32,000 nt of DNA from the NCBI RefSeq assembly GCF_035285525.1, contig NZ_JAYKGW010000258.1, positions 1-32,000 of the forward strand, read 5' to 3'. The first letter of the stretch is position 1, and each line of letters opens with the position of its first letter. This document shows, one piece after another, positions 8,354 to 16,683 of the stretch. The notes under the pieces were generated by a model that did no database searches, had not been told where the DNA came from, and saw only the letters and a program-made list of their open reading frames with translations. The translations under genes were made by a program, and so were the position numbers. Origin of the DNA: Okeania sp. GTDB taxonomy: Bacteria > Cyanobacteriota > Cyanobacteriia > Cyanobacteriales > Microcoleaceae.

Positions 8354-8707
8354 ATGACATCTAACTTATGCCTCCAACAAGTAAAACCCCAGTCCACCTC
8401 CTATATTACTGAAACTAATATAGATTCTTGCATTACTACTGCCTGGCTTGACTTAGTAGCATCAACGGTAGATAATTTTGAGGGAGATGATTGGCTAGCT
8501 TTATGTGGTGATATAGATGAAGGTGAAATTTACCGAGATTGGTTTATTTGGCAAGATGTAGATTTTTCCCAAGAGTGGGAAGCTTACGATCTAATTACTA
8601 ATAAAAGATTTGTAGCTAAAGATTTATCTTTACTTAAAACTAAGATAGATCAAATAGAAGATACAAGAACCAACATATCTATAAGCAACTCAGAAAATTT
8701 ATTGTGA
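8354..8707 (+). CDS. hypothetical small, strongly acidic, Trp-rich protein
   Basis: 117-aa ORF with an ATG start. I count 22 Asp+Glu against 8 Lys+Arg, and 5 Trp. I recognise no family. The sequence has non-repetitive, protein-like complexity. Confidence 0.5.
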   Translation: MTSNLCLQQVKPQSTSYITETNIDSCITTAWLDLVASTVDNFEGDDWLALCGDIDEGEIYRDWFIWQDVDFSQEWEAYDLITNKRFVAKDLSLLKTKIDQIEDTRTNISISNSENLL

Positions 8708-8803
8708 AAAAAATTATAATGGCAGGTAGCAATACTTATCTGTTATCTGCTCCAAACCCTCAATACTTGATATTATAGTAGAGAATTTATTAAAATAAGG
8801 AAA

Positions 8804-8878
8804 ATGGTTTCTAATAGCCTAATTTTTATACTTTTTATGATATTCCTAATCCTACTATTTGTTGGATCTGGTATCTAA
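8804..8878 (+). CDS. candidate 24-aa hydrophobic (single-TM) peptide
   Basis: ATG at 8804, preceded by AAGGAAA. Translation MVSNSLIFILFMIFLILLFVGSGI, stop at 8876-8878. It is too short to support from sequence alone. Confidence 0.2.
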   Translation: MVSNSLIFILFMIFLILLFVGSGI

Positions 8879-9053
8879 ATTATCAAAAACCAGATGCTTC
8901 TGAAAGTTAAGTAGTAGTGCAAAATAAATTTTCTAGTTCAGAACTGATAATTTGTATAATTAACTATTTAGTCTCAAATAAATCTAAAATTTGCTCATCT
9001 TAAGACATCTGACGCTATAATATTAGACAGGTGACTGTTAAGAGGATGTCCAG

Positions 9054-9533
9054 ATGTTATTCCCAGATCAAGTTTCTCAGAACCCAGAAACTGAACCCAT
9101 CCCTAGAATCTATCAAATTTTAGGATTTGACAGAATACCTAAAAATGTTTTGGAATTACCCCAAGAACTACAAATAGTTAGTATAATTCGTCAGGGATTT
9201 TCAGTAATTTCTGTAATTAAAGTAGCAGAATATTGTGGCATTTCTGAGTCACAAATGGCAGCTTTATTAGCAACTTCTGAACGGACTATCTCTAGGCGTA
9301 AGAAAGATCAGAAACCACTTGATATTTCTGAGTCAGATAGATTGTATCGCATTGCGAGAATTTTTGCACATATATTAGATGTATTTGAAAATGTGGAAAC
9401 AGCAAGAGATTGGCTAAAAAAATCAAATCGTGCTTTAGCTGGAAAAACTCCTTTAGAACTATTAGATACAGATGCAGGTGCACAACAAGTAGATGAACTT
9501 TTGCATAAAATAGAGTATGGAATGTACAATTAA
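9054..9533 (+). CDS. Xre-like / DUF2384 (MbcA/ParS-type) antitoxin of a RES toxin
   Basis: 159 aa. The C-terminal half RLYRIARIFAHILDVFENVETARDWLKKSNRALAGKTPLELLDTDAGAQQVDELLHKIEYGMY matches the toxin-binding DUF2384/COG5642 signature. The upstream part (VIKVAEYCGISESQMAALLATSERTISRRKK) looks like an Xre-like HTH. Confidence 0.85.
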   Translation: MLFPDQVSQNPETEPIPRIYQILGFDRIPKNVLELPQELQIVSIIRQGFSVISVIKVAEYCGISESQMAALLATSERTISRRKKDQKPLDISESDRLYRIARIFAHILDVFENVETARDWLKKSNRALAGKTPLELLDTDAGAQQVDELLHKIEYGMYN

Positions 9534-10068
9534 TAATTAATTACTCATGTTTGTTAGTTATTAATAGAAGATCATATCGCAGCTAAGATGCCTATGCTAT
9601 AAATCTTGCTTTTTTGGTGTTGCATATTTGGGGGATGAATTATAGTCTTAGACAAAAGGAAAGTAAAAGATAAGATTTACATTATTCTGCAAATATTCAT
9701 CCCTTATTTCAGCAATGCCCTTTTTTTGTGTAATATCAAATCTTCTTACCCGGAAATGCTATGATCAACGAGTTGGGAGAGCAAATATTCAGAATGATAG
9801 AACATCTAATACAAACTAAGTTTCTAGACTTTTTTGATTTTTTAGTTATATCAACTATACCGTAGAAAGTTCTAGGAATAATTATTACTAACTAAGGCTT
9901 TCAGCTATCTAAAGGTCAGGAACTTTATATTGAGAACTTTAAGTGCTGCAAGCCTTTCCCAATAATGCTTTCATTCCATTCTCCAATTCAAAATTATAAA
10001 TTATAAATTCTCAAATATCAAAACTATTAAATTTAATATAAAAGTAGTTCAAAAAATTATAATTAATA

Positions 10069-10560
10069 ATGAGTTTAACAGTATGGCGAATCTCTCATCA
10101 AAAATATATTGATATTGCCTGGAAAGGTGAAACTTATAGTCATAGTAGAGGTCGTTGGAACTCTAAAGGAACAACTTTAATTTATACTTCAGCAACATTA
10201 TCTTTAGCTGCATTAGAAACTTTAGTTTGTATGGAAATAGAAAACTTTGGTAATATATTTCTATCTATTTGTCTCACAATCCCAGATAACTTTCCCATTA
10301 AACAAGTGGATGAATCTCTGTTACCTCAAAACTGGCGTGATACTTCGGCACCAAAAATTTTAGCTTCTATTGGAGATAAATGGTTTAATTCTAAAACTAC
10401 AGCAGTTTTAAGGGTTCCTTCTGCCATTATTCCTCAAGAATATAATTATTTGATTAATCCTTTACATCCAGATTATGAGAAAATTTCTATTGCTCCACCT
10501 CGACCTTTTATCTTAGACCGCAATCTCAAAACTATCAAAAAAATGGTAGTTAGGGAATAG
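10069..10560 (+). CDS. RES-domain toxin (MbcT/ParT-like NAD-utilising family)
   Basis: 163 aa. It has WRISHQKY...SRGRWNSKGTTLIYTSATLSLAALETLV (Arg and Glu of the R-E-S signature) and VLRVPSAIIPQEYNYLINPLHPDY (Ser motif). Confidence 0.9.
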   Translation: MSLTVWRISHQKYIDIAWKGETYSHSRGRWNSKGTTLIYTSATLSLAALETLVCMEIENFGNIFLSICLTIPDNFPIKQVDESLLPQNWRDTSAPKILASIGDKWFNSKTTAVLRVPSAIIPQEYNYLINPLHPDYEKISIAPPRPFILDRNLKTIKKMVVRE

Positions 10561-10669
10561 GGAGTAGGGAATAAGTATGGAGGAAAAAAGTATTTTGGCA
10601 AATATTCAGATGCACTAAAAATCTGTTAATATTTTAATGATTAATCAGCCATATCTATTTATTAATAAA

Positions 10670-10893
10670 TAGGGTTTACTGATTAAATATCAAACTCTTT
10701 ACAGCTAAAAGTCAAAGTATTTTTAGTTATCAAAAATTCCTAACTTTTAGGTAACTCAGGTTGAAAAATTTAGCATTTTTAGACCGCTATGACAGAAAAA
10801 TTAAGGAACTATTTTTTCAACCACTTCCTCTGTAACTCTTAACTACTTCCTACTCACTACTTCACCAAAAAGGCTTTAATCAGCAAACCCTAG
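10670..10893. mobile_element. composite of CCCTAG-family repeat pieces bounded by inverted termini
   Basis: Left end TAGGGTTTACTGATTAAAT. Right end GGCTTTAATCAGCAAACCCTAG (inverted). The interior contains CCTAACTTTTAGG, CAGAAAAATTAAGGA and CTTCCTACTCACTAC blocks in rearranged orientation. Confidence 0.5.
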
Positions 10894-11152
10894 ATACAAG
10901 GTAGCAACCAAAAGAAACAAAGTTCTCTTGGCTGCTGAAAATCAAATATTTCTAGCAATTAAAAAGCGAGAGTAGATTAGCTGTCAATCCTATCTAAGAT
11001 TTGAAAATGGCTTTAAATGAATATAACCTTTAAAGTCGCCTTTCATAGTAATACCCAATTTATTTTAACTAATAAAGGCTTTTATGTCAAACTAAAATAA
11101 ATCGCTGACCACTATTTGCTGACTGCTTACATTAAAAGTCAATAAAGACTTA

Positions 11153-12409
11153 TTAAACTGTAGCTGCTTCTAGACTAAATGCTTCCTTTAATAAATCCAC
11201 CTTATCCAATTTTTCCCAAGGCAAATCTAAATCAGTACGCCCCAAATGACCATAAGCAGCAACATCTTGATAAAAACGACCGCCTCTCTCTCCAGGTAAG
11301 TTCCGGAGGTTGAAAGTCTGAATAATTCCTGCTGGACGAAGCTCAAAGTTTTCTTTCACTACTTCCAATAACTTATCCTCATCAACCTTAGAAGTACCAA
11401 AAGTCTCAATCATCATACTAACAGGTCTGGCCACACCAATAGCATAACTAATTTGAACCTCACACTTTTCTGCTAAACCTGCTGCAACAATATTTTTAGC
11501 AATGTAACGACAAGCATAAGCTGCTGAACGGTCTACCTTAGTTGGGTCTTTTCCGGAAAAAGCACCGCCCCCATGACGGGAATAACCACCATAAGTATCA
11601 ATGATAATCTTACGTCCTGTCAGACCACAATCTCCTTGTGGACCACCAATAACAAATTTGCCAGTAGGGTTGACAAGAAAACGAGTTTCTGCATCAGGCT
11701 TAATCTTGGCGTCAGTAAATATTGGCTCAACCACATATTTCCAGAGGTCTTCTTTAATCTTAGCTTGAATTTCTGTTAACTCTGTAATTTCTCCAATAGT
11801 AGCAGTATGTTGAGTAGAAATTAAGATTGTGTCAATACCAACAGGACGACCATCTTCATAAATAATAGTAACTTGACTTTTAGCATCTGGTCTTAGATAA
11901 GGCAGTTGACCACTTTTTCTGACTGCAGTTAATTCGCGAGCAACTCGGTGCGCTAAACTAATAGGTAGAGGCATTAATTCTGGAGTTTCATTACAGGCAA
12001 AACCAAACATTAGGCCTTGGTCTCCTGCTCCTATTGCATCAAGTTCTTCCTCGCTTAATAGATCACGAGTTTCTTGAGCTCTATCTACCCCTTGAGCAAT
12101 ATCTGCTGACTGTTCATCAATAGCTACTAAAACAGCACAGCTATCGGCAGAAAAACCATTTTCTGCATGGATATAGCCAATTTCAGCAATTTTTTTCCTA
12201 GCTATATCTATATAATTTACTTGCGCCTTAGTTGTAATTTCACCAGAAATTAAGACTAACCCTGTATTTACTAATACTTCAGCAGCCACACGACTGGTTG
12301 GATCTTGGGCTAATATAGCATCTATAATTGTGTCAGAAATTTGGTCGCAAATTTTATCTGGATGTCCTTCAGTAACAGACTCAGAAGTGAATAAGTAACG
12401 ACTAGACAA
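11153..12409 (-). CDS. metK: S-adenosylmethionine synthetase
   Basis: 418 aa. [26 protein letters not shown]..., [31 protein letters not shown]. Strong SD AGGAGGAACCACT upstream of the ATG. Confidence 0.97.
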   Translation of the reverse strand: MSSRYLFTSESVTEGHPDKICDQISDTIIDAILAQDPTSRVAAEVLVNTGLVLISGEITTKAQVNYIDIARKKIAEIGYIHAENGFSADSCAVLVAIDEQSADIAQGVDRAQETRDLLSEEELDAIGAGDQGLMFGFACNETPELMPLPISLAHRVARELTAVRKSGQLPYLRPDAKSQVTIIYEDGRPVGIDTILISTQHTATIGEITELTEIQAKIKEDLWKYVVEPIFTDAKIKPDAETRFLVNPTGKFVIGGPQGDCGLTGRKIIIDTYGGYSRHGGGAFSGKDPTKVDRSAAYACRYIAKNIVAAGLAEKCEVQISYAIGVARPVSMMIETFGTSKVDEDKLLEVVKENFELRPAGIIQTFNLRNLPGERGGRFYQDVAAYGHLGRTDLDLPWEKLDKVDLLKEAFSLEAATV

Positions 12410-12803
12410 TAGTGGTTCCTCCTATATTTTGTTTTCCAAGAATTTAGTCAATGAGTAATAAGCCTTAACTTCGGGATAATATCTTTACCAGAATAACTAC
12501 TTTATTTTCTACTTTCTACTTTCTGTGTCATCAAATTAAGTAAAATACCTAACAGAAAACTCAGTTGGAAGTAAGCTACTGTCCCTTTTATGCTATTCCC
12601 TCTATATGAGAAATATTGTGGGGCATATACAACTTTATAAGTGAAAACTGTCTTTTCTGACGTTATTTTTTCTGGTCAATCAATTATTTTGACCAGAAGC
12701 AGAAGATTCTCAATTATTTTTTTACTTCACCCTGAGTTAATAGCTTGATTGATTATACCAAAGATTGTATGGAAATTAACAAATACAGCAGATTTTAGAT
12801 AAG

Positions 12804-13115
12804 GTAGGGAGTAGGGATTAGGGATTAGGGAGTCAACCCAAACCCACCCCTAACCCCGACCGTGGATGGGATTTAGGAGGAATAGGAGTTATAGAGGAGT
12901 AGGGACTTTTTCCGCCCTTGAGCAGTCCGTCAGGATCAAGCATTTTTTTATGCAACGTCCCTACAAAAGAATTGTCTCTTAATTTTTCTGTCCTACTGAG
13001 CCTTGTGTCCTAACTTTTTTAACATTTTTGAGCTTAAAGCTGGTACTTTTTTCCAATAAACAAGTTATTAAAACCTTTGTCATAAATGCTTTCATCTTTA
13101 TTCAGCAACCCCTAG
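12804..13115 (+). repeat. CCCTAG-family repeat copy with TAGGGAN heptads and a GC-rich insert
   Basis: GGTAGGGAGTAGGGATTAGGGATTAGGGAG ... TCTCTTAATTTTTCTGTCC ... CCTAACTTTTTT ... GGTACTTTTTTCC ... AAATGCTTTCATCTTTATTCAGCAACCCCTAG. Confidence 0.6.
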
Positions 13116-13124
13116 TTAAAATTC

Positions 13125-13313
13125 CAAAGAAATAGTGAGTGAAGTTGCAGAGGAGGGACTCGGACAAATTATCTCTTGACTTTTCTGCCCCTACTTACCA
13201 TAACACTAACTTTTTTTCGCTTCATAAGCTGAAAATATGGTACTTTTTTCGCTTCTTAAATTCTCAAACCTTTATCTATAAAAATGCTTTAATATTTAAT
13301 CAGCCAGCCCTAG
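13125..13313 (+). repeat. CCCTAG-family repeat copy, in tandem with the previous one
   Basis: ..TCTCTTGACTTTTCTGCCCC..CACTAACTTTTTTT..GGTACTTTTTTCGC..AAAATGCTTTAATATTTAATCAGCCAGCCCTAG. It ends 4 bp before the stop codon of the 13318..14052 gene. Confidence 0.6.
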
Positions 13314-13317
13314 TTCG

Positions 13318-14052
13318 TCATATTATTTTAATTTCTTCTAACTGAGCGATCGCCACATCTGCTGACTGTAAATGTTTAGCTTCTGGTTTTCCCCAACAAA
13401 TACCGATACAACCTGCTGCTCCTGCTTTTCTTCCCATTTCTATATCTACAGGAGAATCTCCCACCATTAATGTCCTAACTGGTTTAACCCCTAATTTCTG
13501 GCAAGCTTGTAAAAATAGTTCTGGTTGTGGTTTACTCCAACCATTATCAACCCCCATTTCTAGTTGGATATAATCGTTGAGTTGATAATATTTAACGAAA
13601 TCTTGTACTGCTATTGTACTATCCGCAGACAATATACCCAATTTTATACTTGCTTGTGAGAGATACTTTAAAACTTCTAGACTACCTTCAAACAGAGAAC
13701 CTGGGTTAGACTGTAACAATATTTGGTCAGCTTCTGCAAAAGCCTCTTGGACAATATTCAAAGATTCTAACCAACCCCGTCCAGTTTCAGCAACGTAAGC
13801 TGCTGCTGCAATTTCATTTTCTCGTCTACTCCCAACCGCCATTAATCCTGTAGGATTAATATTATTGCCATCAATCCCGAAAGCCATTAATAAAGGTTCC
13901 CCTATTCCAGGGATTTTAGCATCAATAAGGCGAGAGCACTTTTGCCCCAAATTTCTTAAATCTTCTTGAGAGTCTTCTAGAGTACCATCTTTATCAAAAA
14001 TAATTGCTTGAATATCTTTAAAGATTACACCTCGGCAGTTAATATCTACCAT
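13318..14052 (-). CDS. HAD-superfamily hydrolase (phosphoglycolate-phosphatase-like)
   Basis: 244 aa. Motif I IIFDKDGTL, motif III K near WSKPQPE, motif IV VGDSPVDIEMGRKAGA. Confidence 0.8.
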   Translation of the reverse strand: MVDINCRGVIFKDIQAIIFDKDGTLEDSQEDLRNLGQKCSRLIDAKIPGIGEPLLMAFGIDGNNINPTGLMAVGSRRENEIAAAAYVAETGRGWLESLNIVQEAFAEADQILLQSNPGSLFEGSLEVLKYLSQASIKLGILSADSTIAVQDFVKYYQLNDYIQLEMGVDNGWSKPQPELFLQACQKLGVKPVRTLMVGDSPVDIEMGRKAGAAGCIGICWGKPEAKHLQSADVAIAQLEEIKII

Positions 14053-14173
14053 AGTTTTGTGTTTTTGTATAGAGTAAATAGATATATTTTTTTATTTATA
14101 TTTATGTATAGTTCATTAATCAAAAGCAGAATATAGGGAATAAATACCAGTCCTAGTCATTGTTGATTTATCT

Positions 14174-14531
14174 AGGAATTACGCAACAACTTTATTTATA
14201 TATAGCAGTAGGGTGCGTTACGCTTCGCGCTCCACACCCTACTGGATTGTTTCACCTAAAATAGTGCCAAGCGTAGGGGCGGGTTTGAGCCAGAATTTTC
14301 ATGGTTACTCCAAGATTTCTATAAACCCGCCCCCTAGGACAGTTGGCTATATCATTAGGGGGGTTCGCTAATCATCTGCGAACACTCGTTGTACCGACAT
14401 TGCATAACAAAAATGCGTTTCATGTCGCGTAGCCAAACGTCCCTAGGCTCAAACCTGCCCCTACCCTGCCTTCCTAATGCACAGTTTTAGATGAAATAGT
14501 CCACTACCAGTAGAGTTAATGCGTAATTCCT
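14174..14531. mobile_element. 358-bp GC-rich composite element with 12-bp TIRs AGGAATTACGCA / TGCGTAATTCCT
   Basis: TIRs at 14174-14185 and 14520-14531. The interior is a chain of hairpins: CAGTAGGGTG..CACCCTACTG, AGGGGCGGGTTT..AAACCCGCCCCCT, GTTCGC..GCGAAC. It is much more GC-rich than its flanks and has no ORF. Confidence 0.55.
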
Positions 14532-14915
14532 GTTATCATCTTTACCAACTAACTGTTCTAACTGCTCATTCCGATACTCTGCATTGCTAACAAAAGCTAA
14601 CAATGCACAGTAATCTAATTACTGAGGGGGTATCTCCCAAAGTCTACAAAAAAACCTGTAGACGCTTTCAACACTTATGTCGCCTTGGTTATTAGCCTTC
14701 GCAGAAATTGAAATTACTTGACCATGCTAGAGGCAACTTATCAGTATAACGGTTACTTAGTGGCCTGGTTTCACACCACCAACTTTTCTGTTGACTGCAT
14801 CTTAACACAATTTGTATAAATTGATTCACTCAATTTATGTGAACTTATGTAAATCAACTTTAGCAAATCAATCACGAACAATTAACCCTATTTATCTGCA
14901 CCATAATTTTAGTTA

Positions 14916-16058
14916 TTAATTATCAGCAGGAGGTACTGATGTATCTGTACCTACCGTAGCTATTTCTGCTGTAGTATCCTCTTCTTGTTTAACTACAGTT
15001 TCTGTCTCTTCCGGCGCTTCTACTGTTTCTGCTGTGGCCTCAACTTCTGGTGCTTCTGCTGTTTCAGTTGTGGCCTCAACTTCTGGCGCTTCTACTGTCT
15101 CTGCTGTGGCCTCAACTTCAGCTGCTTCTACTGGTGTTTCTTCTATAGTCTCTCCTCGCTGGGCAGCCATCATTTTTTCCCTAAACTTAGCTGCCATTTC
15201 CTCTGCCTGATCATATACCAATTGTGGATTTTTCACCATCGCCCCTGGTTCGGGTTCTAATTGTTTAGTTGACAAAGATATACGGCCTCTGTCAGCATCT
15301 AGATCAATGATCATAACTTTCAATTCATCATTGACCTTTAGTACAGCACTAGGAGTTTCGATATGGTCGTGGGAAATTTCTGATATGTGTAGTAAACCAC
15401 TTACACCACCAATATCTATAAAAGCTCCATAAGGCTTAATACCACGAACAGCACCTATCACTACTTCCCCTACCTCTAGACGGTTCATCTTCCGCTCAAC
15501 CAAAGCACGACGATGACTTAAAACTAGACGATTACGCTCTTCATCTACTTCTAGAAATTTTAGAGGTAATTCTTCGTTGAGTAAATCTTCTTTTGGTTTG
15601 CGCGTACTAATATGTGAACCAGGAATAAATCCACGCAACCCTTCTATCCTAACTAGGGCACCACCACGGTTCGTCGCAAATACTTGGGAACGTACAGTTG
15701 CATCTTCTGCTTGTAACTGTCGGACTCTTTCCCAGGCCCGCATATATTCTATCCGTCTAATGGACAAAGTTAATTGTCCATCTTCATTTTCATCTGTGAG
15801 GATAAAAAATTCTCTCGTTTCATTAGATTGTAGAACTTCTTCTGGATTTTCTACCCTATTAATTGACATTTCTTGGATAGGAATATAAGCAGCAGTTTTA
15901 GCTCCAATGTCAATTAATGCTCCCCTTGGTTCTAAACTAAATACAGTTCCTGCTACAATATCTCCAGGACTAAAGTGATAGTCATATTTATCTAGTAAAG
16001 CTGCAAAATCTTCGTGAGTAAAGCCTATTTCTTTGGTTGGTGTTTTCAAATTTATCAT
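14916..16058 (-). CDS. rpsA: 30S ribosomal protein S1 with an acidic repeat tail
   Basis: 380 aa. S1 domains are present (GDIVAGTVFSLEPRGALIDIG.., ..GGALVRIEGLRGFIPGSHIS, GEVVIGAVRGIKPYGAFIDIGGVSGLLHISEIS). The C-terminus contains EVEATAETVEAP-type 12-aa repeats. Confidence 0.93.
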   Translation of the reverse strand: MINLKTPTKEIGFTHEDFAALLDKYDYHFSPGDIVAGTVFSLEPRGALIDIGAKTAAYIPIQEMSINRVENPEEVLQSNETREFFILTDENEDGQLTLSIRRIEYMRAWERVRQLQAEDATVRSQVFATNRGGALVRIEGLRGFIPGSHISTRKPKEDLLNEELPLKFLEVDEERNRLVLSHRRALVERKMNRLEVGEVVIGAVRGIKPYGAFIDIGGVSGLLHISEISHDHIETPSAVLKVNDELKVMIIDLDADRGRISLSTKQLEPEPGAMVKNPQLVYDQAEEMAAKFREKMMAAQRGETIEETPVEAAEVEATAETVEAPEVEATTETAEAPEVEATAETVEAPEETETVVKQEEDTTAEIATVGTDTSVPPADN

Positions 16059-16659
16059 GCGTGTATTTTCTTGGGATTTCTCTCCTTAATGTTTTTTTAC
16101 TTGTCTTGATAGTTTTCCTAATTCATAAAACTACTGATATCAAACGTCATAATTAGCGACATTTTTAGCAATGGATAATTGATAATTGACAATTAGAGAT
16201 AGTTTTCATTACCTATTATCAATAGAATAATATTTCTGCACTTGGTTTAATACTCTCGGTTTCAACCAGAGGTAATTATTAATGATTCTAGCTTACAGGC
16301 AACAGCAAGACCTCCACAGACAGGAATTAACTATCAGGCCAACCGCATTTCTCTACTTATACTTTATTAAGTTACATGCGAGAAGAAGATGTGAGACAAA
16401 ACTTTCCAAAAAACTATGATTTCTGAGAAAAACCTATTTTTTTGTATAATTTAGGTAAGCAACAATTTATTTCCCAGCCGTTAGAATTACTGTAGTTAAT
16501 ACTCCTTAATCAGTCAAGGCTTTAGTATTTACTTCATTTTTTTGACTCTAATTTGGAGCTGGACTTACAACTTACCTAGAATGTTTATGTACTCTTAGAT
16601 AGAAAAAATGTGCTTAAAAGGAGTAATTGTCTCTATTCCTACAGAAATCAAATATTCTT

Positions 16660-16683
16660 GAGGTCAATTAATTAATTGACCTC
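16660..16683. repeat. 24-bp perfect palindrome GAGGTCAATTAA|TTAATTGACCTC
   Basis: Read directly from the sequence. It sits at the low-coordinate edge of the GC-rich island at 16690-16990. Confidence 0.85.

Noticed and set aside
9292-9529. Minus-strand ORFs 9292-9483 and 9308-9529
   Set aside because: They lie wholly inside, and antisense to, the well-supported DUF2384 antitoxin gene, and have no recognisable features.
11573-11779. Plus-strand 68-aa ORF inside metK
   Set aside because: It is antisense to a highly conserved gene, and its composition is not protein-like.
12410-12800. SAM riboswitch in the metK 5' leader
   Set aside because: I could not find the conserved SAM-I, SAM-II or SAM-IV core motifs by eye. 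The only strong structure is the simple hairpin TTCTGGTCAA..TTGACCAGAA (about 12669-12697). A covariance-model scan would be needed to be sure.
13139-13345. 68-aa plus-strand ORF
   Set aside because: It lies entirely within a CCCTAG-family repeat copy and overlaps the HAD gene 3' end. The equivalent repeat copies elsewhere do not keep the frame open.
14709-14805. 31-aa ORF MLEATYQYNGYLVAWFHTTNFSVDCILTQFV downstream of rpsA
   Set aside because: It is short, has no SD, and I recognise no family. It is probably a chance ORF.
14985-15888. Plus-strand ORFs 14985-15260 and 15577-15888
   Set aside because: They are antisense to rpsA. The first is a C/F-rich translation of the 36-bp repeat region.
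16059-16330. A conserved rpsA (S1) 5'-leader RNA motif of the kind described for cyanobacteria
   Set aside because: It is plausible by position, but I cannot verify the motif from memory against this sequence, so it is not reported as a feature.
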